From assembly GCA_963786905.1 (NCBI GenBank), contig CAWBBA010000015.1, positions 22,740 to 86,739 of the forward strand: DNA of 64,000 bases. The letters run 5' to 3'. How positions within the stretch are numbered: position 1 is the stretch's first letter; the number at the start of each line of letters is the position of its first letter. A model generated the notes under the pieces. That model saw only the letters and a program-made list of their open reading frames with translations. It made no database searches and was not told the DNA's origin. The stretch comes from an uncultured delta proteobacterium (GTDB lineage Bacteria; Desulfobacterota; Desulfomonilia; Desulfomonilales; Desulfomonilaceae). The position numbers and the translations under genes are program-made. This document shows, piece by piece, positions 38,995-50,068 of this stretch.

Positions 38995-40709
38995 TCATGC
39001 GCTGTTTACCCCGGGTTCCTGGAGCATTTCCCAGTTGCGGATAACTGTAAGAGCTTCTTCGGGATTTCTCACCGAAGATAGACTTTCAACCAGTTGCCGA
39101 TTACGGGCGGCTCGGCTAACGAGAGCAAGAACTTGAACCTGAACAGCAGGTATGTGAGCCGGAGAGAGAATCAGGAAGACAAGTTCAATGGGCTTGCCCG
39201 CGGACTCGCCGAGGACACCCTGTCGCGTCAAACCCAAGGCCACCACCGGCGTAGAAATTCCCTCAATCCGAGCATGCGGGAACGCTACTCCCTCATTGAA
39301 GAAGGTCGAACCCTGCTCTTCTCTCTTCCTCACTGCTTGCAAAATCTCGTCAGAATCACATGCTTCGACGTCTTTGTCCGCGACCTCCACCAAGGCCTTC
39401 AGGACAAGATCTTTCTCAACAGGCGTGTCCCACGTGATGATTCGGCGACTCGACAACAAACCGCTGAGGCTCAGAGAACCCGCGCTGACAGAAGGTTCGA
39501 CCACAGACGTTTTCTTACTTTCAGGTAACCCTGCCTCCGCTTTATGTGTCGGGGTTTTCTGGCTGCTGGTGTCGAGAACTACCACAGTAATGCCTTCCGG
39601 GTTCTTGATAAGGCGTTCAACAACACTCTTTTCCCCAACAGTCTTTTCCAGAAACGGGACCTTGCCGGGGCTGCCAAGGACAATGTGGCCGACTCGGTAT
39701 TCCTTTGCAAAACGCAGGATAGTGTCTGCAGACGTCCTCTCCCTTGTACGTGAACACCATGGCCCCCAGTTGTTTTGCAAGGGTCAGCGTACTTGAGAGA
39801 AGCCGCTGGGTGTGCGCATCAATGACGGTAGGCTCTTCCGAGGGTGTTTGAACGTACACTGCATACCAATTCCGGTTGAGTCGTCCGGCAAAGCGGGAAG
39901 CATAGCGCAAGAGCATCTCACTATTGGGACCGCGTGAGCTCAGACAGACCATCACCTGATCAGGAGCGGGATCGCTGCCGTCCCCCGAGCTTTCGCGCAT
40001 CCTCAGGTCAATCTGCGATGCAAGTTCACGCAGTGTAAGTTCACGAAGCGTTCTCCAGGTTCGGCGTCTTGAAAAAATTGGCCAAGGCTGTCTCAATACG
40101 TTCCGGCGGATAGATTTTGCCTTCCCGCAAACGTTCCAGGAGGTCTTCGGTGGTGAGGTCCACATTTACGATCTCGTCCGCTTCAGCGAGGATCGTGTCC
40201 GGCAGGCGTTCCCGGACCTTGACGTGAACGGTCTTTTCTACGGTGTCGTACAGGCTCTCCAAATGCTGAACGTTCAGGGTCGTAATTACGTGTATTCCCG
40301 CGGCCAGAATGTCTTGAACGTCCTGATAGCGTTTGGGATTTCGACTACCAGGCACATTGGTATGAGCCAGTTCATCAATGAGCGCGACCTCGGGTCTGCG
40401 GTCCAAGACCGCATCAACGTCCATTTCCTCTAAGACGTGTCCTCGGTATTCCTGACTTCTCCGCGGGATCACTTCCAGGCCGTCGATGAGTTTGGCTGTA
40501 TCCACTCGGCCGTGAGTCTCGATCAACCCCACCACAACGTCTATGCCTTCAGCCATGAGCCGGTGGCCCTCTTGGAGCATCTGATATGTCTTTCCCACTC
40601 CCGCGCCGTAGCCCAGGTAAATCTTCAACCTGCCCCGGCGGGAGCGGCGAATCATGCGCAAGAAGGTATTGGCTCTATCTTCGGTCATAGGTTTTCGTTC
40701 ATCTTGCAT
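38995..40709 (-). pseudogene. KdpD N-terminal sensor domain plus Usp domain fused to a PTS EIIA(Ntr)-like domain; no kinase core; 2 frameshifts in the KdpD-N/Usp part
   Basis: ORF 40041..40709 carries GRLKIYLGYGAGVGKTYQML...ALIDELAHTN (KdpD_N). ORF 39617..40165 is Usp-like. ORF 38995..39780 is uninterrupted and contains the Usp C-terminus (HIVLGSPGK...VVERLIKNPEGITVVVLD), a linker and an EIIA_2 domain (REEQGSTFFNEGVAFPHARIEG...PIELVFLILSP). Confidence 0.7.
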
Positions 40710-41286
40710 CGAGAGACAGGTTCAATGTCAGCACGTTCACCCTCGGCTCTCCGAGGATTCCCAAGGTCCTCCCCTCGGTATGGGCTTGCACCTTTGCCAG
40801 AATCGCTTCTTCGCTCATGCCGCGTGCCTTGGCAACCCGAGCCGGCCTGTATGAGAGCGTTCTTCGACACTTATATGCGGATCCAAACCGCTGGCCGAGG
40901 CTGTTACCGCATCGGCGGGGACCGGAACCGTGGGTGGCAAGATTGTTTTCCGCGCGATAGGCCTCGACCCGTTCTTTTACCGAATCGATCAATTTCTTGG
41001 AGGTAGGACCGAGATTGCTGCCTCCTGAGCTTGCCGCGTCGTATCCCACGTCGCCCGCAGCAGAGGGCCGTGGATGAAAGTACTTTGGACCTGTGAAATT
41101 TTGGGCAAGAAGCTCTGACCCAATGATCTTTCCATCTCGTACTATCAGGGAACCGTTGGCCTTGTCGAGGGAACAGCGCCTGTGCTACGCCCCACACCAC
41201 CAACGGATAGATGCCGCACACAATCACGGCCAAAGAGAGCGGTAGCTACTACGGAAATGCGAAGCTCGGACAATGAGATTCTTCAT
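40699..41286 (-). pseudogene. kdpC: K+-transporting ATPase subunit C, at least 3 frameshifts
   Basis: GGAGGAG precedes ATG 41286. Fragments read AVIVCGIYPLVVWGVAQALFPRQ, NGSLIVRDGKIIGSELLAQNF (other frame) and GYDAASSGGSNLGPTSKKLIDSV...[44 protein letters not shown]. Confidence 0.8.
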
Positions 41287-41301
41287 GACAGATACTCCTC
41301 C

Positions 41302-43331
41302 CTACGCAAGATGCAGGGCTGACACGACCATGTCTATGAGTTTTATTCCTACAAACGGCGCCACCAGTCCACCAAGCCCATAGATGAGCAGGTTGCGACG
41401 CAATAGCACGGCAGCGCTAAGTGGCCGGAAACGTACCCCGCGCAGCGCCAGAGGTATGAGCGCCACAATGATGAGCGCATTAAAGATGACCGCGCTCAAA
41501 ATGGCACTTTGGGGCGAATGTAATCCCATGATGTTCAACGGGCTGATCACAGGAAAAGTCGCGACCAGCATCGCGGGAATTATCGCAAAATACTTGGCTA
41601 CGTCATTGGCGATGCTGAAAGTCGTTAGAGCCCCGCGCGTCATGAGCATCTGTTTTCCGATTTCCACAATCTCGATGAGCTTGGTGGGATTGGAGTCCAG
41701 ATCCACCATGTTGCCCGCTTCTTTCGCCGCCTGAGTCCCCGTATTCATGGCCACTCCCACGTCGGCCTGAGCCAAGGCGGGTGCATCGTTGGTACCGTCT
41801 CCGGTCATGGCCACGAGGTGACCCGTCGCCTGTTCCTTACGGATCAGTGCCAGCTTGTCTTCAGGCCTGGCTTCGGCAAGGAAATCGTCTACTCCGGCTT
41901 CCTTCGCGATAGCCGCGGCCGTCAGTCGATTGTCACCAGTGATCATGACGGTTTTGATTCCCATGGCGCGAAAACGCTCAAAGCGGTCTTTCAGACCGCC
42001 CTTGACGATGTCTTTAAGATGAATGACACCGATTGCCTTGTCATTTTCAGCAACCACCAGTGCTGTTCCACCTGATGTCGAGATCCTTGTCACTGCGTCC
42101 TCAACAGACTGGGGCAGCGCCCCCCCACGAATTCTGTCACTGCATCAGGCGCTCCTTTCCTGATCTGTCTGCCGTTAATGTCTACGCCGCTCATCCGCGT
42201 CTGGGCCTTGAACGGGATGAACGTGGCACGGGGCATGTCCGACATGCTGCCGGCCTCTGAGCCCGTACTGCTTGGCAAGGACTACAATACTTCTGCCTTC
42301 CGGTGTCTCATCAGCCAGAGAAGCCAGTTGAGCGGCATCGGCCAATTCCTGGACTTCGACTCCTTCGGCCGGGATGAACTCCGTGGCCTGACGGTCTCCA
42401 AGGGTAATGGTACCGGTCTTGTCCAGAAGCAGGACGTCCACGTCACCCGCGGCCTCCGCGGCCCTACCGCTCATGGCAAGCACGTTCTTCTGCACCAGAC
42501 GGTCAATTCCCGCTATGCCGATGGCGCTCAAAAGACCACCGATGGTCGTGGGGATGAGGCAAACCAGTAATGCCACCAAGACCGTGATCGACAAAGAGAG
42601 AGAGGCGTAAATAGGCCAAAGAATTTCAGAGTAAGGATGACCATCAGAAAGATGATGGTGAGAGCCGCCAGGAGGATCGTCAGGGCTATCTCGTTCGGAG
42701 TCTTTTGGCGTTGGGCCCCTTCAACCAGGCTGATCATGTGGTCAAGAAAGCTTTCACCCGGATTTGCCGTTATTCGGACTATGATTCGATCCGAGAGCAC
42801 TCTGGTGCCGCCAGTGACCGAGCTTCGGTCGCCGCCCGCTTCCCTTATGACCGGAGCGGATTCACCGGTTATTGCCGATTCGTCAACAGACGCAACCCCA
42901 TCAATCACCTCGCCGTCACCGGGGATGATCTCTCCTGCCGAGACCACCACCTCGTCGCCTTTTCGCAGTTTTTCCGCAGAGATTTCCTGCTCGACCAGAC
43001 CGTCCTGTAAGAGGCGGTGCGCCATCGTGTGAGTGCGCGTCTTTCGCAGAGCATTCGGCCTGGGCCTTGCCTCTACCTTCGGCTACTGCTTCCGCGAAGT
43101 TGGCGAACAAGACGGTGAACCAGAGCCAAATGGCAATCTGGAATCCAAAGCCGAACGTCTCGACCTTCAGGCCTGACAATTAGACTCCGCGGTGGTTATT
43201 GCGGCTCCAACCTCGCAGACGAACATGACCGGGTTTCTTGCCATGCTCAACGGATTGAGCTTCTTGAAAGAGTCTATCACCGCCTGGGTCAGGATCTCAC
43301 GTTCAAAGGTCGAATGTATTTTTGCCGCCAT
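41302..43331 (-). pseudogene. kdpB: K+-transporting P-type ATPase subunit B, at least 4 frameshifts
   Basis: Fragments 42916..43179, 42528..43025, 42175..42594 ([12 protein letters not shown] phosphorylation motif) and 41302..42093 ([18 protein letters not shown]) tile a full KdpB. ATG at 43331. Confidence 0.9.
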
Positions 43332-43345
43332 GTCGGTAGTTCCTC

Positions 43346-45153
43346 TTAGAACAGTACGTTGGAACCGGTCATAAGATAGTGCTCCACAATGGGTCCCAGC
43401 GAGAGGGCCGGGAAAAACGTCAGGGCTCCCACGATCAGAATCGTGCCCACCAAGAGCACCGTGAACATCGGCCCGGACACGGGAAAGCTACCGCCACTCG
43501 GCGGAACCAGCTTCTTCTTGGCCAGGTTTCCCGCCAGCGCCAGAACCGGAACTATCATGAAGAATCGCCCCATGAGCATAGCGATTGCCCATAGTAGTGT
43601 CGTACCAGTACGTGTTGGCGTTGAGGCCGGCAAAGGCACTGCCATTGTTTCCTGTTGCGGACGAGTACGCGTACAGGATTTCGCTGAAACCGTGAGGCCC
43701 GGTATTGTTCAAACCTGCCAGACCCCAACCAGCTCACAGCAGCCCATGCGGCGAAGCCCAGGATGCTCAAGACAGGAACCATCACGTAACAGTACGCTTG
43801 CTTTCACGTCATAGGCTTCTATCTTTTTGCCGAGGTATTCCGGCGTCCTCCCGACCATCAGGCCGGCAAGAAACACGGCCAGCACCACGAAGACCAGCAT
43901 TCCATAGAGACCAGCTCCGACGCCGCCGAAGATCACTTCGCCCAACTGGATGTTGAGCATTGGGATCAATCCGCCCAACGGTGTGAAGGAGTCATGCATG
44001 GAGTTGACCGCGCCGCAGGAAGCGTCGGTGGTCACCGTGGCAAAAAGCGCAGAATTGAAAATTCCGAAACGGACCTCTTTGCCTTCCATGTTTCCGTAAG
44101 CAGCATCCACTCCCAGGGCCTGCAACCGCGGATTGCCTGCTGCTTCGGCCCACCAACAGACCATCACACCCGATCAAAAAGATCGCTGCCATCGCGCTCC
44201 AGACTGCCCACCCGTGCCGCTGGTTCTTCACCATTCGCCCGAGATAGTAGGTCAATCCGCTTGGGATCAGAAAGATCGACAACATTTGCAAAAAGTTTGA
44301 CAGAGGTGTCGGGTTTTCGTACGGGTGGGACGCATTGGCATTCGTAAACCCGCCTCCGTTGGTCCCCAGCATCTTGATCGCCACCTGGGAGGCCATTGGC
44401 CCTTGTGCAATGGTTTGAGTCTCGACCTTCCGGTCCTCCATCACCGGGTTGCCTTGAGCGTCCTTGACTTCCTGTCCGTCGGCACCTTTTTGGGGAACCT
44501 GAGTGGTGTAAGGTTCGATCACCTGCACTGTTTCGTAGGGCTTAAAGTTTTGGATCATGCCTTGCGACACGAGAAACACCGCATAGACAAGACAAATCGG
44601 CAAAAGCAGGTAGAGAGTTCATTCGAATCAAATCGATCCAGAAGTTGCCGATGGTTTTTGCAGAGTTGCGTGCAATGCCTCTCACCAGCGCTGCCGCCAC
44701 CGCTATGCCTGTGGCTGCGGAGATGAAATTATGAAACGTCAGCCCTACCATCTGGGAAAGATACGACATGGTTGATTCGCCGCCGTAGCTTTGCCAGTTG
44801 GTGTTGGTGGTAAAGCTCACCGCGGTGTTGAAGGAGAGGTGATCGCTGACAGGCCCGAGGCCCTGGGGGTTAAGCGGCAGCATGTGCTGAAGCCGCAGAA
44901 TCGCATACGTGAACAGGGCGCCGACAAGGCTGAAGGCAATTAGAGAAAACGTATACTGTTTCCAGTCCTGCTCCTTCTGCGGGTCCACCCGAAGAAGGAA
45001 ATAGAGCAGCCGTTCCACAGGTCCCATTACTGGAGCCAGGAAAGTCTTGCCTTCAATGTCCAGAACCTGGACGAGATACACTCCCATCGGCTTTGTCAGC
45101 GCCACAAGAAGACCGACGAACAGGGCTAATTGAATCCATCCAAAATAGTCCAC
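43346..45153 (-). pseudogene. kdpA: K+-transporting ATPase subunit A, at least 4 frameshifts
   Basis: GTG 45153 is preceded by AGGTGA. Fragments 44542..45153, 43992..44603, 43709..44167 and 43346..43645, plus a short bridging frame, tile a KdpA-length multi-TM protein (TNTNWQSYGGES, GTNGGGF motifs). Confidence 0.85.
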
Positions 45154-45159
45154 AATAAT

Positions 45160-45252
45160 TCACCTCGTCAGAACCATTCCGGCCTGTAGGACCGTGATGA
45201 ACAGGTACACAATCAGAATCACGCCTATCAAGCCAACGATTATATCAACCAT
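45160..45252 (-). pseudogene. kdpF: KdpF-like small membrane peptide; the 3' end appears shifted by one extra G
   Basis: As given it reads MVDIIVGLIGVILIVYLFITVLQAGMVLTR*. Removing one G from CAGGCCGG gives ...VYLFITVLQPEWF*, the usual KdpF-type ending. Confidence 0.55.
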
Positions 45253-45255
45253 TGT

Positions 45256-45339
45256 TCAGATCCTCTCGCACGCCAGGCAGTACAAAACGCACAGAGCGAA
45301 GAAAGCTATGAGACCCACGACAAAAATGAGATCAGTCAT
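45256..45339 (-). CDS. 27-aa hydrophobic peptide, translationally coupled to the upstream kinase (ATGA overlap)
   Basis: MTDLIFVVGLIAFFALCVLYCLACERI*. Its ATG (45337-45339) overlaps the kinase stop TGA (45332-45334). Confidence 0.35.
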   Translation of the reverse strand: MTDLIFVVGLIAFFALCVLYCLACERI

Positions 45340-47197
45340 ATTGAGTGTCGTCCTCGAAAACACGATCAAAACGTCTGAGAGAAAAAGTAAAGGTGCTTCC
45401 TTCAGCTTCCCGGCTTTCAGCCGTAATAGTCCCGCCGTGCGCCTCCACTATCTCTTTTGCAATGGCAAGCCCCAAACCCGCGCCCGAGTTAGATTCCTGG
45501 CCGGGAATCCTGAAGAATTGCTCGAAAATTGTTTGAAGATAGCGCTCCGGTATGCCTTTGCCTGTATCCGAGACTGAAAAACGAACAAATTCCCCGTCAG
45601 CCTCTGCGGATAGAGTTATGACGCCGCCCGGATCAGTGTATTTCAAAGCATTGGAAAACAAGTTCGCAAAAATATGGCTTACTCGCGTCGGATCGACCCA
45701 AACTTCGGGCAAGACATTCGGTAGTTTCACGACCATGCTTACGCCGCAATCCTGGCAAGCACTCCGGAAAGGTTCCGCCGCATCCAAGGCCAGAATGTGA
45801 GGGGACGCCGACTGGAAATGCATGTGTGCCTTTCCTGCCTCGATCCGGCCTATGTCCAACAAATCTTCCAGGATCTTGTAGAGCCGTTCGGCATCTTCTT
45901 CCGCGGCAATGAGGACCTCGACCTGTTTTTCAGTCAATCCCCCCAAATCTTCTTCAAGGAGCAAATGAATTGCCATGCGAACAGATGTGAGCGGTGTTTT
46001 CAATTGGTGAGACACGGTAGATATTACCCCCCGTTTCAAGTCATCCTGCTGGGCTTGCTGCGTAACATCTGAAAGAATGAACATCACTGCCGTCGCTTGT
46101 TTTTCCCGGTCCAAGATAGGCACTGCGCGTGGACGAAAGTAACGTTCTTCTCCGTTGACAAAGCGTTGGATCGGAAATCGGCTACCACTTGGTTCGACCG
46201 AAGCGCCGTTCTTAAGGGCGGTGTTGAAAAGGGGCAGGATCCAATCGAGAGAAAGACCTTGAATCTGCGTGTTGGGCTTGAGCCCGAAAGCACCGACAGC
46301 AGCCTCGGTGGCCACTTCCACCCGTCCATCTAGGTCCACGACCGCGACAGCATCAGGGAGAGCGTTAAAGGCTTGTTGTGTGGCGTGCTGAATTTGAGCC
46401 AATTTGGCCTGACGAGTACGTCGAACCCGCCGGAGGCTCTCTGTCATGGAGTTGAAAGCTTCTGACAACTGGCCTATCTCATCGCGGGAGTCAGTTTTTA
46501 CAACTAAGTCGAGATTTCCCGCTTTAATTTCATTTGTTGAAAGGATGAGCCGGGTTATCGGCCGAAGGATCCATCGTCCGGTAAAAAATATGAAGCCTCC
46601 CGCTACAACTGCTCCGACGACCAGCAGAAAATACATCTGCTTCCTGGCAGACTCAGCCCGGCGTCGCGCACGGTCATTCGCATCGCCCATGCTGTGTTGG
46701 TTCATCCGAAGGATGTCATCAGCCGTGGTCTTGATCTGTTCAAAGAGCGGCAGCAGTTTAGTAAAATAATTTGTACGCCTCACATCAGCAGGAAGACTTT
46801 CGTCTGTCGCATCCTTAATTGTTGATTTATACTGATTGAAGAGGTCTTGGAGCTGATGAGCTTTTTCGCCTTCTCCGGGGAGCGTAATATTGCTCATCTC
46901 CACTTGGAGGGCCTTCTCGAAGGCCGATTCATTGGCATCGATCAGCTTCATCCCCTCTTGCTCGTACCCAAGCAGCACAAAAAGTACTCCGCTATCTATA
47001 CGCTCCAGAGCTTCCTTCATTTGCTGGCATGCGATCACGCTGCGATAGTTCTCTCGAAGGATCACATCGATGGAATCCCCGAGCTGGGAGAGCAGGATGA
47101 CGCTCTGCCCGCCGACAATAAGAATTATTGCCAGTAACCCGCCGAATCCCAATGACAGTTTTTGCCTGAGGCCAAGCATGTTATGTTCCTCGCTCAA
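45332..47197 (-). CDS. Sensor histidine kinase (four-helix-bundle sensor, HAMP, PAS, HisKA, HATPase), intact
   Basis: TM segments flank a helical sensor, followed by HAMP (ILRPITRLILSTNEIKAGNLD), VSHQLKTPLTSV and SGAGLGLAIAKEIVEAHGG. The start is possibly MLGLRQ at 47179. Confidence 0.9.
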   Translation of the reverse strand: MSEEHNMLGLRQKLSLGFGGLLAIILIVGGQSVILLSQLGDSIDVILRENYRSVIACQQMKEALERIDSGVLFVLLGYEQEGMKLIDANESAFEKALQVEMSNITLPGEGEKAHQLQDLFNQYKSTIKDATDESLPADVRRTNYFTKLLPLFEQIKTTADDILRMNQHSMGDANDRARRRAESARKQMYFLLVVGAVVAGGFIFFTGRWILRPITRLILSTNEIKAGNLDLVVKTDSRDEIGQLSEAFNSMTESLRRVRRTRQAKLAQIQHATQQAFNALPDAVAVVDLDGRVEVATEAAVGAFGLKPNTQIQGLSLDWILPLFNTALKNGASVEPSGSRFPIQRFVNGEERYFRPRAVPILDREKQATAVMFILSDVTQQAQQDDLKRGVISTVSHQLKTPLTSVRMAIHLLLEEDLGGLTEKQVEVLIAAEEDAERLYKILEDLLDIGRIEAGKAHMHFQSASPHILALDAAEPFRSACQDCGVSMVVKLPNVLPEVWVDPTRVSHIFANLFSNALKYTDPGGVITLSAEADGEFVRFSVSDTGKGIPERYLQTIFEQFFRIPGQESNSGAGLGLAIAKEIVEAHGGTITAESREAEGSTFTFSLRRFDRVFEDDTQYD

Positions 47198-47374
47198 AGC
47201 TTATAAGCAACCTTAATGCCAAATCCATCCGCACCTAACCCTTCGTAATTACACCAAGGGTGAACAACTCGCTAGGTGGAGTCTTGCACCTGGCAAGGTC
47301 CGCTATCGAAACGCCTTGCATTATGCAAGGTCAGACAGGTGTCCCCCGGCTCGGGCCTTCTCGTTATTATTGAA

Positions 47375-48733
47375 TCAAATTTTATATTGCTTGCGTCGGC
47401 GCCACAGCGTGGCCTGATCTATCCCGAGAATTTCAGCGGCTTCTTGGAGTGATTTCGTTGACGCCAAAACGCGCCTGATGTGCTCTTCTTCAATTCTGGC
47501 CAGGCTTGCGGGGTCCCCAAGTTTAAGTCTGGCCATGTTGTGAGAAATTCTGTCGGGCAAATGTTCGACGCCGACAACGTCGGATTTGCAAAGGATAGCA
47601 GCCCGCTCAACGATATTGCTTAATTCCCTGACATTACCGGGCCAATCGTATTCTTTGAGTCCTTGAAGGGCACTCTCTGTGAAACCTTGGAAAAGACGAT
47701 GGTTCTTGCGGCCAAAGAACGCCAGTAACATCTCTGCCAAGGGGACCACATCTTCGGGTCGCTCACGTAAAGGAGGAATTTCAATCTGGATAACGTTGAG
47801 TCGATAGAAGAGGTCTTCTCGGAAGCGTCCTTCCCGAACCGCATTTTCCAAGTCCACATTGGTGGCCGTTATGATGCGGACATCAGCCTTTCGTGTAATG
47901 AGTTCGCCCACACGCTCGTATTCACGGTCTTGAACAAATCGCAACAGCTTGGGTTGAAGGGGCAGTGGTAGGTCTCCGATCTCATCCAAAATGAGAGTTC
48001 CGCCCTCACAGATTGCTATACGTCCGGGATAATCACGAATTGCTCCAGTGAATGCGCCCTTGGCATGCCCGAATAGTTCACTTTCCAGCAGCTCCAAGGG
48101 AAGAGTCGGGCATGAGATGACCCCCAGAGGCTTTTCGGCGCGACCACTCCAATGATGGATGGCTCGAGCCAGTGCGCTTTTTCCTGTACCGCTCTCGCCG
48201 CGAAGCAGGACACTGGCATCTGAAGCGGCAACTTCACGCGCCAGGTTCACCGCCCGTTGCATTGCCGGGGTGGAGCTGGAAAAGTCCGCCTCGGGGATCG
48301 ATCTTCCCAGCTCGTCCTGCAGTGCTGTAAGCTTCTGTTCTAATGAGCGAACTGAGGCCACTTTGCCGACAACCAGATTCACTTGCGCGGGTGTAAACGG
48401 CTTCGGAATATAGTCTGTCGCCCCACGACGCATTGCTTCAACCGCAGTACCAATAGAAGAATAAGCTGTTATCACCACTACTTTGAGCCAAGGGGTTGAG
48501 GCCAGCAGCAAGGGGATCAAATCCATTCCGTCGTCTGTGCCAAGCCTGAGATCGACAAAAGCCAGGTCAAAAGAACGCCGCGCAGCTTCCGCGACGGCAT
48601 CTTGAAAATTACTGACCGCAATGACCTTATGCCTTCTTGTTTCCAGACAAATGGTTAATGTTTTGCGAATGTTGACCTCATCATCCACAATCAGAATGTT
48701 GAGAGGCCCTGCTGAGGTCTTCGGTTCAACCAT
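47375..48733 (-). CDS. Sigma54-dependent response regulator (NtrC family: REC, AAA+, HTH), intact
   Basis: LNILIVDDEVNIR...DLAFVDLRLG, GESGTGKS, GAFTGA, ESELFGH and a C-terminal HTH (LQEAAEILGIDQATLWRRRKQY). Confidence 0.9.
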   Translation of the reverse strand: MVEPKTSAGPLNILIVDDEVNIRKTLTICLETRRHKVIAVSNFQDAVAEAARRSFDLAFVDLRLGTDDGMDLIPLLLASTPWLKVVVITAYSSIGTAVEAMRRGATDYIPKPFTPAQVNLVVGKVASVRSLEQKLTALQDELGRSIPEADFSSSTPAMQRAVNLAREVAASDASVLLRGESGTGKSALARAIHHWSGRAEKPLGVISCPTLPLELLESELFGHAKGAFTGAIRDYPGRIAICEGGTLILDEIGDLPLPLQPKLLRFVQDREYERVGELITRKADVRIITATNVDLENAVREGRFREDLFYRLNVIQIEIPPLRERPEDVVPLAEMLLAFFGRKNHRLFQGFTESALQGLKEYDWPGNVRELSNIVERAAILCKSDVVGVEHLPDRISHNMARLKLGDPASLARIEEEHIRRVLASTKSLQEAAEILGIDQATLWRRRKQYKI

Positions 48734-49173
48734 GGGAAAACCCGTCCTGCGCTGAGCAAAAATAGGATCCTGTTCTCGGACCGGGAGCTGTGACATAAGA
48801 GTATGACAATTAAGAGACAATTCGGTAACACTCTTTTAGAGACACTGCAAAAAAATTCACTGAATCACCGGGCAACTCGTTTCATAGAGTGACCATTGCG
48901 GTTAGAACACGGCATGATACGGACCAGCTTTCATACTGAGAAAATGCCGTTCGTCACGGTAGGGGCAGACTTGCGTGTCTGCCGGATTTAGGCGTACACA
49001 CGGGCGAGCCTGCATAAAGCATGTTGTTGGGAGAAGTCCACTAAGTATTCATCGCTTGGCGTCGACTTCGTATACGTCGCTGAATTTCATTCTCTTGACA
49101 CTTTGCCTGCGGATTGCTATTTCAATAGCTACAACACGCTTTTGCCGCATCACTGGAGAGGGAAATATGCGGC

Positions 49174-50068
49174 ATGCGGGGAAAGGGGGTGTCTCCCTAC
49201 TTGGATGAGATTCAGCCTTCGAAAGAGGGAAACCTGCATCGGTGGTTAAAAAGAATCGGCCTGGAACGGCGCCCGAAGGAAATTCAGGAAGTCCTGGACG
49301 AAAGTGAACAACAGGGACTGATCGGCCATGATGAAGGGGACATGATCGAGGGGATCTTCGATCTGAAGCAGACCGTGGCCCGAGAGATAATGATCCCGCG
49401 AACCCATTTGGTTTCTGTTTCTAAAGATTGTACGCGCGAAGAGCTTCTTAATACCATTATTGAGTCCGGTCATTCACGCATTCCGGTGTACAGCGAAAAC
49501 GTGGATCACATAGTCGGAATAGTCTACGCCAAGGACCTTCTACCCTTGTGGCTCAACGGGAGAGATGAGTTCAGTATTGAGGAAATCTACAGGGAGCCGT
49601 TCTTCGTACCCGGAAACCAAGCGAATCAACGATCTTCTTAATGAACTGCGAAGCAAGAAGTCCCACCTGGCAGTGATCGTGGACGAATACGGCGGAACAG
49701 CAGGTATCGTTACTATTGAAAATATCATTGAAGAGATTATCGGCGAGATCCGGGACGAACATGACGTCGAGGAGGAGTTGTTCCTGCCGCAAGAGGATGG
49801 ATCTGTGCTGATTAACGCCAGGGCAAATCTTGATGATTTCGAAGAACATTTCGGAGTCACCCTTCCCAGGGAAGGATTCGATACGCTGGGAGGGTTCATT
49901 ATCCATCTCATGGGTAAGGTCCCCCGAAAAGGTGAAGAGATTACCTATGAGGGACTTCGAATGCGTATTCAAGGCGGTGACCAAAAAAGGATAACCCGCG
50001 TGCTTGTAGCTCTAGAAGTCGAGGCCGATGCTGGAACGTCTTCCAGTAACCAAGAACTCATTCCATGA
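49174..50068 (+). pseudogene. CorC/HlyC-family protein (CBS pair plus CorC_HlyC domain), one frameshift near 49600-49640
   Basis: ORF 49174..49641 carries the CBS pair (VAREIMIPRTHLVSV...GHSRIPVY). ORF 49565..50068 carries SHLAVIVDEYGGTAGIVTIENIIEEIIGEIRDEHD and the transporter-associated domain. The gene sits upstream of lnt, as is common for ybeX/corC. Confidence 0.8.

Noticed and set aside
45440-45470. Sigma54-like GG-N10-GC (GGGGCTTGCCATTGCA, minus strand) inside the 3' end of the kinase gene, as a possible internal kdp promoter
   Set aside because: It falls in the conserved GLGLAIAKE-encoding segment of the HATPase domain, so the match is most likely a by-product of coding sequence. The -24 element is poor.
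48911-48927. Sigma54-like promoter on the minus strand (TGGTCC-N5-ATGC) upstream of the NtrC-type regulator
   Set aside because: It has only the GG/GC dinucleotides at the correct spacing and otherwise matches TGGCAC-N5-TTGC poorly. It is not supportable without a PWM score or transcript mapping.
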